Shown piece after piece: positions 38,317 to 47,021 of a stretch of 63,279 nucleotides of DNA (the stretch's first letter is position 1; the number at the start of each line of letters is the position of its first letter). The position numbers and the translations under genes were made by a program. The stretch covers positions 1 through 63,279 of the forward strand of contig JASUSC010000002.1 of assembly GCA_030446285.1 (NCBI GenBank), written 5' to 3'. Source of the DNA: Eubacteriales bacterium. GTDB lineage: Bacteria > Bacillota > JASUSC01. The notes under the pieces were generated by a model. The model saw nothing but the letters and a program-made list of their open reading frames with translations. It was not told the DNA's origin and ran no database searches.

Positions 38317-39906
38317 TTATCCCAAAATCTTCTCCACTTCTTCCGCATCCAGATCCATGATGTACTTAATGCCGGTAATTTCAGCGGCTTCTTTGGTAAG
38401 GGCAGCCACGTCGTCGCGGGTAATGTAGGAAAGGGCAAACTTACGCGCACCACACATGAACTGCCGCAACCCCTGAGCCAGGCGCTCGAAGTAGGTGTAA
38501 ACACCGATGGCACCCACTGGCAGGCGTTCGAAGGCCTCTTTGCCCAGCTTGTGCTTGAGCTCGCTGGCAGCGATAAAGACCTGCTCCAGTTTTTCGCCGT
38601 ACTTCTTGTACTCGTTGGGTACCTTGCCGGCCTTGACGGCTTCGCCCACCGTCTTGCCCACCATAGCGGCGGTAAGGGGCGAACGAGCCATACCAATAGC
38701 CTTGGTGTAAGGTGCGCCAATGGCCAGTCCTTTGAAGATGTGGTCTTCGAGAGTAAAGCCACCGGCAATAGCCACCGGCGGAATGTAAGCCCCTTTCGCC
38801 GCCAGCCGGTCCAGATATTTCACCAGCAGTCCCTGGATGTAAACGGTGGGGATACCCCATTCGTTCATCATCCGCCACGGGCTCATACCGGTACCGCCGC
38901 CAGCGCCGTCTACGGTGAGGAGGTCGATCTTGGCATCGGAAGCCCACTTCACCGCCCGGGCCAGGTCAGCAGGCCGGTACGCACCGGTCTTCAGAAATAC
39001 GTACTTGGCGCCTGCTTTACGCAGTTCTTCTACTCTGGTCATGAAGGCTTCGTATTCGGCCATGCCGATACGGGAATGGCGCTCAAATTCGCTGAAAGCT
39101 CCGGCTTTAAAAGCTTCCTGCACGTTGGGATCAGTGGGATCGGGCAGAACTACATAGCCCCGCTCTTTCAGTTGCAGGGCCCGCTCCAGGGTGTTCAGTT
39201 TAACTTCACCGCCGATGTCCTTGGCCCCTTGACCCCATTTGAGTTCTACCGCTTCCACCCCTAGTTTTTCTATGGCGTATTCCTGAACACCCAACCGGGT
39301 ATCTTCCACGTTGGCCTGAACGGCCACAAAGCCCTTGCCGTTATACCAATCCTGGAAATCTTTCACTCGTTTGGCCAGATTGGGCGAATGCACAACCCGG
39401 CCGTTCTTGATTTCCACATTGGGGTCCATGCCGCAAACGTTTTCTCCGATAACGATCCCTACGCCAGAAATGGCAGCACCAGCCGCGAGATGCTCCCAGT
39501 TGTCAGCCGCTACGTTGGTCGAGCCCATTCCGGCAATAACGATGGGGAGATTGAGTTTGAGGTCGCCGTTGGCACCTACCGCCGACTCCAGATTAACCGC
39601 CGGGAAAATGGCCTTGTCCGGATCAGCTTCGATACCATAGGCTCCTACTGCCGAACCCATGATGTTGAAGTGGGAGTAGTCCACCGGATAGTCCTTTTCG
39701 GAAGCAGACGTGGTCTTACCGAAAGGCTGGGGATAAAGAACTTCCTTGCCCCGCACAGAAGATTTGCCAATTTCACACAAACCGGGGCAGCCGTCAAGGC
39801 AGGTTACACACATGCCGCTGAAAGGACAGAAGCTATCGCCGGTGCGCAGCTTGGTAAGGGTTGCTGCCGAAGCGTTGAGACCTTTGCTAAAAGTCATGAG
39901 TTCCAT
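38317..39906 (-). CDS. FMN-binding glutamate-synthase-family protein (stand-alone GltB FMN domain with N-terminal Cys cluster)
   Basis: 529 aa; N-terminal CPFSGMCVTCLDGCPGLCEIG, then VDGAGGGTGMSP and IAGGF, typical of the GltS FMN domain. Confidence 0.82.
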   Translation of the reverse strand: MELMTFSKGLNASAATLTKLRTGDSFCPFSGMCVTCLDGCPGLCEIGKSSVRGKEVLYPQPFGKTTSASEKDYPVDYSHFNIMGSAVGAYGIEADPDKAIFPAVNLESAVGANGDLKLNLPIVIAGMGSTNVAADNWEHLAAGAAISGVGIVIGENVCGMDPNVEIKNGRVVHSPNLAKRVKDFQDWYNGKGFVAVQANVEDTRLGVQEYAIEKLGVEAVELKWGQGAKDIGGEVKLNTLERALQLKERGYVVLPDPTDPNVQEAFKAGAFSEFERHSRIGMAEYEAFMTRVEELRKAGAKYVFLKTGAYRPADLARAVKWASDAKIDLLTVDGAGGGTGMSPWRMMNEWGIPTVYIQGLLVKYLDRLAAKGAYIPPVAIAGGFTLEDHIFKGLAIGAPYTKAIGMARSPLTAAMVGKTVGEAVKAGKVPNEYKKYGEKLEQVFIAASELKHKLGKEAFERLPVGAIGVYTYFERLAQGLRQFMCGARKFALSYITRDDVAALTKEAAEITGIKYIMDLDAEEVEKILG

Positions 39907-40063
39907 CCTCCCTCAAAACATTTTTTAAAATCAAAAAATACACTCCAACTCGGGGCTTGCAAATACCCAACTCGCCGGACCGCACCCGCCCCTGAAGCCG
40001 GTCCTGCCCTACCTTACTTTCCTCACCTCCCAGTATAAGCTCTCTTTGTTTTTAACTAATAAC

Positions 40064-41359
40064 CTAATAATGAAGGAGATATTCCTCCAGTTCCCACGGG
40101 TGAACCCGGGACTGGTAACGCTCCCACTCCTCCTTTTTCACGGAAAGGTAACGGCGGCAAATTTCCTCGCCCAAAGTTTGTCTCACTACTGCATCTTCTG
40201 CCAGCGCCGTCAGAGCCTCTGCCAGATGACGGGGCAGAAGCCTTTTCTCTCCCTCGGCCGGGAAAGGAGGAGGCAACTTTTCCTCTTTTTCCACTCCGTC
40301 CATCCCGGCAGTCAACACCGCAGCCAAAGCCAGGTAAGGGTTAGCCGTAGGATCAGGACTGCGCCAGATTATTCTCGTTTCTGCCAAGCGCGGTGCCGGC
40401 ACCCGCAGCATGGTCCTCCTCTCTTCTTCTGACCAGGCTGCCACCACCGGCGCCCCGTTGTCAGAAGACAGAAGTCGTTTGTAACTGTTGACCAGGGGAT
40501 TGCCTACAGCCGTGAGGGCCCCGGCATGGCGAATCAAGCCGGCCAGGAAGCTACCTGCTAAGGCGCTGAGGCCGTATTCCTTTTCTGGATCGGAAAAAGC
40601 GTTCTTCTCTCCCTGCCAGAGGGAGAGGTGAAGATGCATGCCCGACCCGCCGTACTCGTTAAAAGGTCGGGGCATGAAAGAAGCGTGCAGTCCGTGGCGC
40701 TGGGCAATGGTTCGCACTACAAATTTGAAAGTCACTATGCTATCAGCAATAGTTAGGGCTGGGCCTTCTTTGAGGAAAATCTCATGCTGCCCCGGATAAA
40801 TCTCGTGGTGGGAAGAAGAAACTTCAAACCCCATTTCCTGCAGGGTGAGTACCATGTCCCGGCGGGCGTTTTCCCCCAAGTCTACCGGCGTAAGATCGCA
40901 GTAGCCGGCCCGGTCATGGGCCACTGGCAGGGGTTTCCCCTGGGAATCGGTTTGGAGGAGATAAAACTCGATCTCCGCCCCCACCTGCAGCTCCAGGCCC
41001 TTCTCCCTCAGCCGGGCTAGCTCCTTTTTCAAAATCGAGCGGGAACAACAGCCATAGGGTTCCCCCTTCGGCGTGAAGACATCACAAATCAGTCTGGCTA
41101 CTGCTCCTTCCCGAGGACGCCAGGGGAAGATAACAAAGGTCGCCGGATCGGGCAGCAGGTGAATATCCGCCTCCCGGGAACCTACTCCGCCGTCCACGGC
41201 AGAACTGTCGAAAGTTATTTTTCCCTCCAGAGCCCGGGGCAGTTCTTCTACGGGAATGGCGATATTTTTCAATCGCCCGAAAATATCGGTAAATTGGAGC
41301 CGGACAAACTTAACATTGTATTCTTCCGCCCGCTCCAGCACCTCTTGATGAAGACTCAT
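40064..41359 (-). CDS. divergent glutamine-synthetase-family paralogue
   Basis: ATG at 41359 after the RBS GGGAGGAAAGGAG; 431 aa with the GS fold (FTDIFG, HHEIYPGQHEI, GSGMHLHLS, NSYKRLL, RSPDPTANPYL) and substitutions relative to glnA in this window. The track start (41446) would run through the leader terminator. Confidence 0.85.
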   Translation of the reverse strand: MSLHQEVLERAEEYNVKFVRLQFTDIFGRLKNIAIPVEELPRALEGKITFDSSAVDGGVGSREADIHLLPDPATFVIFPWRPREGAVARLICDVFTPKGEPYGCCSRSILKKELARLREKGLELQVGAEIEFYLLQTDSQGKPLPVAHDRAGYCDLTPVDLGENARRDMVLTLQEMGFEVSSSHHEIYPGQHEIFLKEGPALTIADSIVTFKFVVRTIAQRHGLHASFMPRPFNEYGGSGMHLHLSLWQGEKNAFSDPEKEYGLSALAGSFLAGLIRHAGALTAVGNPLVNSYKRLLSSDNGAPVVAAWSEEERRTMLRVPAPRLAETRIIWRSPDPTANPYLALAAVLTAGMDGVEKEEKLPPPFPAEGEKRLLPRHLAEALTALAEDAVVRQTLGEEICRRYLSVKKEEWERYQSRVHPWELEEYLLHY

Positions 41360-41376
41360 ATCTCCTTTCCTCCCTG

Positions 41377-41431
41377 AAAAACAAAAACGTCCCACAAGCG
41401 TTACGGCAGTACGCCGCACGCTTTGGGACGT
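41377..41431 (-). terminator. leader attenuator (intrinsic terminator) in the 5' UTR of the GS paralogue, probable ANTAR target
   Basis: On the minus strand ACGTCCCAAAGCGT-(16 nt)-ACGCTTGTGGGACGT is followed by TTTTTGTTTTT, 18 nt before the RBS. An upstream copy CGCTTGTGTGGG (about 41437-41448) can pair with CCCAAAGCG as an alternative structure. Confidence 0.75.
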
Positions 41432-41527
41432 CCTTGCCCCACACAAGCGCTATTCAAGTCACATTTTATGCTTGCTTAAAGGAAAAATCAAGTAGGTTTA
41501 AAAAAAATACTGTATACTCGAATTGTT

Positions 41528-42109
41528 CTATCCTTCTTCTTTCCCCAGCTTGAGAATAATTTCTTTGGCCACACGCCCCATAGTTACGCAGCGGTCCATA
41601 CTCAGTTTCTGTAAGTAGCGGTGGGCTTCCTTCTCTGTCATTCCCCTTTTCTCCATCAGGAGACTTTTGGCCCGTTCCACTAACCGGCGCTCCTCTAAAG
41701 TGCGCCGGAGCGTTTTTGCTTCTTTCTCCAGGTGGGTCATTCGTTCAAAAAAAGCCATCGCCATCTCCAACACTGGTACAACCATCTCATCCTGTAGAGG
41801 TTTGGTAAGCACACCATAAACTCCTGGCATGCGGGCCATTTCCATCATATCTTCGCCGGGAAAGCCCACAATCACCACAGGAGCCAGACGATGTTCTTCA
41901 ATTATCCCTACCGCATGCATTCCCTCATTGCCAGGCAGATCACGGGCTATAATTATCAGATCAGGCGAAAGTTGAAAAGCCTGCTGTAAAAGTCCCTGGG
42001 CCTCCTCCGCTTCCCCTACCACCAAGTAGCCGTTGTAGCGAAGAATTTCTTTTAAATTGTGCCGAAAATCCTTTTCTTTATCGGCAATTATCACCCGCGC
42101 CCTGGACAT
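41528..42109 (-). CDS. ANTAR-domain RNA-binding regulator with atypical receiver domain (copy 2)
   Basis: ATG at 42109 after GAGGG; ANTAR domain LEERRLVERAKSLLMEKRGMTEKEAHRYLQKLSMDRCVTMGRVAKEII. The receiver has DLIIIARDLPG at the acceptor position but retains LTKP. Confidence 0.85.
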   Translation of the reverse strand: MSRARVIIADKEKDFRHNLKEILRYNGYLVVGEAEEAQGLLQQAFQLSPDLIIIARDLPGNEGMHAVGIIEEHRLAPVVIVGFPGEDMMEMARMPGVYGVLTKPLQDEMVVPVLEMAMAFFERMTHLEKEAKTLRRTLEERRLVERAKSLLMEKRGMTEKEAHRYLQKLSMDRCVTMGRVAKEIILKLGKEEG

Positions 42110-42247
42110 GACCTGCCCTCTTCCACTTCTTTTCCGTACCGTTTCCATTATATCACGTACCGTCCCGACACGCCACCGGCAGGCAGGTTGCAGGGTCCTC
42201 CCCGAAAATGATAAAATATTCTTTAGTACTCTACAGGGAGGAAGATC

Positions 42248-43306
42248 ATGGATAACGCTGTCCTAGTCTACCGCCTGTTCGACGTAGCAGAAGAGATAGA
42301 TCTGAACCGGGTGGAGGAAGTTTTTGCCCAGGAAAAAGTAACTCGCCTCCGGCTGAGCAAAGTCAAGCCCAAATCCATGCAGTTTCGCAACCCGCCGGTA
42401 ACCATGTACTTAGAAGGGGACAGGCTTACCATCGGCGGCCGCACCTACCCCACCTCTGTCTACGCCCGGGCCTACGACTTCGGGGTAATAAGCATCGTCC
42501 TGCGCCTGCCTGTCCCAGCAGACCTCAGTTACAACGAACTGGTGAACCTGGCAGTAGAACTCAGCGAGGAAGATTTACTGGATCCTCTTTTTGCCGGTTA
42601 TGCCGATATGATTAGCCGCATCTTAGAGCCCGCCCTGATTAAACCCGGCCGGAGTGAGTTTGAGGAAGATTTCATCATTTATTTTTTCCGCCATTGGCCT
42701 GCCGACTGGGATCCCGTCCCCCTGTTGCTGGCCGAAAAAGAACCTGTGAGCGAACAGATGCGGCGGGAAACCCTGGCCAACAGTTTTTCCTATACTCCGG
42801 AAGATCTCACCATCATTACCTGGGATTCCGCCCTGGTTTACGACAGCGAAGGTATTCCCGACATACCGGACTTGCTGGAGTTTGCCAACGCCCAGCTTTT
42901 GGAGCTGCGCTACTACGACCACTTGCTTTCCAATGAACTGGAGAACATGTACGATTCTATCGCCGAACTACAGCGGCAGCCTTTCCGTCGCCTGGCTAAA
43001 TACCGCCGTATTCTTCGCCGGATTACCGAAACAGTGCTGGATATTACCGAAATTACAGAACGGATCCAGAACTCCTTGAAAGTAACCGAGGATATCTTCT
43101 ATGCCCGGGTTTATTCCGCTGCCCTCCATGTCCTCCGCACCCGTACCTGGATGGAAAGTATCCAGAACAAAATAAACCTCATCCAGCGCCATTATACCTT
43201 TCTCAACGATCAGCTCACCAACCAGCGCAACATGCAGTTAGAGTTCATTATCGTGGTTCTCATTCTCATTGAAGTAATCATGGGGTTCTTTCCCGTGTTC
43301 CATTAA
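42248..43306 (+). CDS. RMD1/DUF155-like protein with C-terminal TM helix
   Basis: 352 aa; RBS AGGGAGGA; C-terminal LEFIIVVLILIEVIMGFFPVF membrane anchor. The DUF155 assignment rests on overall pattern only. Confidence 0.5.
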   Translation: MDNAVLVYRLFDVAEEIDLNRVEEVFAQEKVTRLRLSKVKPKSMQFRNPPVTMYLEGDRLTIGGRTYPTSVYARAYDFGVISIVLRLPVPADLSYNELVNLAVELSEEDLLDPLFAGYADMISRILEPALIKPGRSEFEEDFIIYFFRHWPADWDPVPLLLAEKEPVSEQMRRETLANSFSYTPEDLTIITWDSALVYDSEGIPDIPDLLEFANAQLLELRYYDHLLSNELENMYDSIAELQRQPFRRLAKYRRILRRITETVLDITEITERIQNSLKVTEDIFYARVYSAALHVLRTRTWMESIQNKINLIQRHYTFLNDQLTNQRNMQLEFIIVVLILIEVIMGFFPVFH

Positions 43307-43308
43307 TA

Positions 43309-43342
43309 AAATCAGCCCGGCTTAAACCGGGCTGATTTTGTT
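43309..43342. terminator. bidirectional intrinsic terminator
   Basis: ATCAGCCCGG-CTTAAA-CCGGGCTGAT, flanked by an A-run upstream and TTTTGTT downstream. It lies between convergent genes. Confidence 0.85.
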
Positions 43343-43422
43343 ATCCCGTAATTCTGCTGTTCTGCCTTTGCTCGCTGGAGGAAGAAAATCCACCGGCAGG
43401 AACAGCAAGTAGAATTTCTCCG

Positions 43423-44433
43423 CTATTCCATGGCGGCAATGATGGCCGCGGCCATTTCTTTCGTTCCGGCTTTGCCTCCCAGGTCTGGGGTGACATGCTC
43501 TCCGGCCGCCAGCACCCGGCGTACAGCCCTAACCACCCGCGCCGCCGCTTCCCGCTCGCCAATGTGTTCTAACATCATAACACCGGAGAGGATAAGAGCC
43601 GTGGGATTAGCGATGTTCTGGCCGGCGATCTGGGGGGCGCTGCCATGAACGGCTTCAAAGACCGCCCCCTTCTCCCCGATGTTGGCCCCGGGAGCAACTC
43701 CTAAGCCCCCCACCAGCCCGGCGCAGAGGTCGGAGACAATGTCTCCGTAGAGATTGGGCAGGACCAGACAGTCAAACTGTGTGGGATCCTGCACCAGGCG
43801 CATGCAGAGAGCATCGACGATTACGTCCTCAAACTCGATCTCAGGATACTCCTCCGCCACCCGCCGGCAGGACTCTAAGAACAGGCCGTCGGTGAGTTTC
43901 ATGATGTTGGCTTTGTGAACGGCCGTCACCTTACGGCGGCCATTTTTACGGGCGTATTCGAAAGCATAGCGAGCAATACGCTCGGATGCGTGGCGGGTGA
44001 TAATTTTAATGCTCTCGGCTGCGTCCTTCCCCACCATGTGCTCAATACCGGCGTAGAGATCCTCCGTGTTCTCCCGGAAAACTACTAAGTCCACGTTCTC
44101 GTAGCGGCTCTTAATACCTTCGAAAGAGCGAGCCGGCCGCACGTTGGCGTAGAGGTCCAGGGCCTGGCGCAGGGTGACGTTAACGCTACGGAAACCCTTC
44201 CCTACCGGGGTGGTCACCGGCCCTTTGAGAGCCACACCGTTTCTGCGGATGGACTCGAGAACATGGTCAGGAAGAGGAGTTCCATACTTGGGAATCACGG
44301 CTTCCCCGGCTTCAACCACTTCCCATTCAATTTTCACCCCGGAGGCATCAATGACCTGCCGAGCCGCCTCTGCTACTTCCGGGCCTATCCCGTCCCCGGG
44401 AATGAGGGTAACACGATGAGCCAATTTTCTCAC
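43423..44433 (-). CDS. NAD(P)-dependent isocitrate/homoisocitrate dehydrogenase (beta-decarboxylating dehydrogenase family, 336 aa)
   Basis: [41 protein letters not shown]. Confidence 0.88.
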   Translation of the reverse strand: MRKLAHRVTLIPGDGIGPEVAEAARQVIDASGVKIEWEVVEAGEAVIPKYGTPLPDHVLESIRRNGVALKGPVTTPVGKGFRSVNVTLRQALDLYANVRPARSFEGIKSRYENVDLVVFRENTEDLYAGIEHMVGKDAAESIKIITRHASERIARYAFEYARKNGRRKVTAVHKANIMKLTDGLFLESCRRVAEEYPEIEFEDVIVDALCMRLVQDPTQFDCLVLPNLYGDIVSDLCAGLVGGLGVAPGANIGEKGAVFEAVHGSAPQIAGQNIANPTALILSGVMMLEHIGEREAAARVVRAVRRVLAAGEHVTPDLGGKAGTKEMAAAIIAAME

Positions 44434-44484
44434 CTCCCTGAAAAAATTGCAAGGGCAGCCAGCTTATCACCGCTGCCCTCATTT

Positions 44485-45663
44485 TTACGCTTCCTTGCCC
44501 TTCCCCTTGGCCTTGCTCTCCAAGTACTCCTCGTAAATGTAAATGAGTTCCTTGTCGAACAGGGAGCGTTTGAGGTCCACCGCCATGGCCCGCACCCGCT
44601 GTAAGATTTCCGCCGCCTCTTCGTCGGTCAGGGTGTGGCCATATTCGGCAAACTTTTTCTTGATGGCCGCGGTGCCGGAATGTTTTCCGATGACTATCTG
44701 CCGTTCCAGGCCCACATCTTCGGGCCGAAAAACCTCGTAGGTCTGCGGATGCTTTAAGGCACCATCGGCATGGATACCGGACTCATGGGCAAACATGTTG
44801 GTCCCGACGATAGCTTTCCAAGCCGGCACCTCCCGGTTGGAAGCTAAGGCCACATATTCGGACAACTCGCGAAACATCTGCGTCTTGAAGTTCAGATCGA
44901 TGCCGTAGATATACTTGAGGGCCATTACTACTTCTTCCAGAGCAGCGTTTCCGGCCCGTTCGCCCAAACCGTTGACAGTAACCCCTACGTAGCGAGCTCC
45001 GGCCCGCACTCCCGCCAGAGCGTTAGCCGTAGCCATGCCGAAATCGTTGTGGGTATGCATTTCGACGTCGATACCAACTTCCTCAATGAGACGCTTCACC
45101 CGTTCGTAGGCAGTAAAGGGGTCAAGAATTCCTACCGTGTCACAGTAACGGAGCCGGTCGGCACCAGCCCGCTTGGCTTCTTTGGCAAACTGGATGAGAA
45201 AATCCATATCGGTGCGGGATGCGTCTTCAGCATTTACGGAAACGTACAGACCGTGCTTTTTGGCAAACTCCGTAGCCCGCACCATGTTCTCCAGCACCCA
45301 CTCCCGGCTGGTCTGCAGCTTGTACTTGATGTGAATGTCGGAAGTAGAGATGGAAATGGCTACCGCATCGACACCGCAGTCTAAGGACTCTTCAATGTCG
45401 CTGATAACGGCCCGGTTCCAGGCCATGATGCTAGCCCGGAGCCCAGCTTTTACTATCTCTTTAATGGCTTCCTTTTCGTCGCCGCCCATAACGGGGATTC
45501 CCGCTTCGATCTGATGCACTCCGATCTCATCCAGCATGCGGGCAATTCGCACTTTTTCCTTGTTGGCAAAAACTACCCCTGCCGTCTGCTCCCCGTCCCG
45601 CAGAGTAGTGTCGACGATAATAATATCCTTGTTGGGTACCATCGGGTATTCTCTCTTCTCCAT
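44485..45663 (-). CDS. homocitrate synthase/Re-citrate synthase-type enzyme (LeuA/NifV family without a LeuA regulatory domain)
   Basis: ATG at 45663 after GAAGGGGGAG; DTTLRDGEQ, HTHNDFGMATAN, ESGIHADG. Length is ~392 aa. Confidence 0.8.
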   Translation of the reverse strand: MEKREYPMVPNKDIIIVDTTLRDGEQTAGVVFANKEKVRIARMLDEIGVHQIEAGIPVMGGDEKEAIKEIVKAGLRASIMAWNRAVISDIEESLDCGVDAVAISISTSDIHIKYKLQTSREWVLENMVRATEFAKKHGLYVSVNAEDASRTDMDFLIQFAKEAKRAGADRLRYCDTVGILDPFTAYERVKRLIEEVGIDVEMHTHNDFGMATANALAGVRAGARYVGVTVNGLGERAGNAALEEVVMALKYIYGIDLNFKTQMFRELSEYVALASNREVPAWKAIVGTNMFAHESGIHADGALKHPQTYEVFRPEDVGLERQIVIGKHSGTAAIKKKFAEYGHTLTDEEAAEILQRVRAMAVDLKRSLFDKELIYIYEEYLESKAKGKGKEA

Positions 45664-45762
45664 TTTTTCTCCCCCTTCTCTCGCCCTTTCTGTATATAAA
45701 TACAGATTTGTTGCATAAAAAAACACTCACTGGCAGAAAAAATAACCCTTCAAGGCAATATG

Positions 45763-45771
45763 ATTATACCA
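45763..45771 (-). promoter_or_regulatory. extended -10 promoter element upstream of the citrate-synthase-like gene
   Basis: The minus strand reads TGGTATAAT (TGn + TATAAT), ~100 nt upstream of the ATG. Confidence 0.6.
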
Positions 45772-45861
45772 CAAAAGGAGAAGGTTGAGAAGAAATATTT
45801 TTCGCCCTCTTTTTTGCCCTTTCCGGTTTTCAAGCCAGCCCCCCTGTTGCTGGAAAATTCT

Positions 45862-45899
45862 CCAAAACTAAAGGGCTGCCAAAATATAGAAAGCAGCCC
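45862..45899 (-). terminator. intrinsic terminator in the hisIE-downstream intergenic region
   Basis: GGGCTGC-13 nt-GCAGCCC followed by TTTAGTTTTGG on the minus strand. Confidence 0.65.
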
Positions 45900-46344
45900 C
45901 CTTGCTCATTCCCTACAACCCGATTCCCTACTAACCAACAGTCGTTCTCTACATTCTCTTTATCTTTTTCCTTTCAGTTAAGAATGAATTTGGGATTGAT
46001 AAGGCTTTTGTCTTCCTTTAGCCGTCGTCTGTGATTTCTCCGTAAACAATCAGGGGAGCATCTTCCTTCAGTTTGGCAGAGTTGACGTCTACATACCTAG
46101 GGCTAACGGACGCTTTTTGGGTGCCATCGCAATAACAAAAAAGGGGGAGGGATGTTACACTTTTGCATTTCCCGGAGAAAAAATTTCCCGGCGGTGCAAG
46201 TCGGGGGGCATTATACCGATTACCAACCTTGCTCTCGTCCGGTCTAAAAGCGAACACAGCGGTGCCGAAAGGGACTGCCGGGCTCCCCTCCTTGACGGAA
46301 ACCCGGCAGCACTGCCGCAACCGTTTTTTTGTTGTCCCGCCTTC

Positions 46345-47010
46345 TCACCGTCGCCGCGCAAGTTCGGCAAAGACTTCCTCCGGCTTCACCCCAGTCTCCG
46401 CCAGCAGCACTAAGAGGTGATAGAGGAGATCGGCCGCTTCGTAGGTCACTTCGCCGGGAGCGTGGTTTTTGGCGGCGATTATCACTTCCGCCGCTTCCTC
46501 CCCTAATTTTTTACAGATTTTGTCCAGGCCCTTCCGGAAGAGGTAAGCGGTGTAGGACCCCTCCGGCAGGGTCTTTTTTCTCTCCATTATGACGCTATAA
46601 AGTTCATCTATTATCGCCGGACCGCCCCGCTCCCGCCGGCCGGGGAAAGCCGCTAGGGTCCGGTAGAAGCAGGATTCCTCCCCCGTGTGGCAGGCGGGAC
46701 CGGCCGGTTCCACCAGGACCAGGAGGCAGTCGGCGTCACAGTCGTAGCGGATTTCCACCACTTCCTGGAAGTTGCCGGAGGTCTCTCCCTTCTGCCATAG
46801 GGTCTGGCGGCTGCGGCTGTAAAACCAAGCTCGCCCGGTGGCAATGGTTTTTTCCAGCGCCTCCCGGTTCATGTAAGCTACCATCAGCACCCGCCCGGAA
46901 GCCGCGTCCTGCAGGACTGCCGGCAAAAGCCCATGCGGGCCGAAATTGAGATTCGCCAAGGCCTCCCGGTCAATAAGGGGCTCTTTTTTTTCCTTCTTCT
47001 CCCCGCTCAT
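46345..47010 (-). CDS. hisIE: bifunctional phosphoribosyl-AMP cyclohydrolase / phosphoribosyl-ATP pyrophosphatase
   Basis: 221 aa; HisI part ([27 protein letters not shown]) and HisE part ([11 protein letters not shown]). Confidence 0.93.
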   Translation of the reverse strand: MSGEKKEKKEPLIDREALANLNFGPHGLLPAVLQDAASGRVLMVAYMNREALEKTIATGRAWFYSRSRQTLWQKGETSGNFQEVVEIRYDCDADCLLVLVEPAGPACHTGEESCFYRTLAAFPGRRERGGPAIIDELYSVIMERKKTLPEGSYTAYLFRKGLDKICKKLGEEAAEVIIAAKNHAPGEVTYEAADLLYHLLVLLAETGVKPEEVFAELARRR

Positions 47011-47021
47011 CCTTTTCCCTC

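Noticed and set aside
46225-46250. ACCGGACGAG resembling the 5' part of the guanidine-III (ykkC-III) riboswitch, with possible GCAAG/CTTGC pairing.
   Set aside because: The highly conserved 3' portion (CCGGUCAGGACAAGA-type sequence) is absent, and no suitable downstream transporter gene exists.
46018-46320. 100-aa minus-strand ORF after hisIE.
   Set aside because: Its TTG start lies inside a hairpin directly after hisIE, the N-terminal two-thirds are low-complexity, and there is no RBS. Only the C-terminal ~30 residues look protein-like, so it may be a relic.
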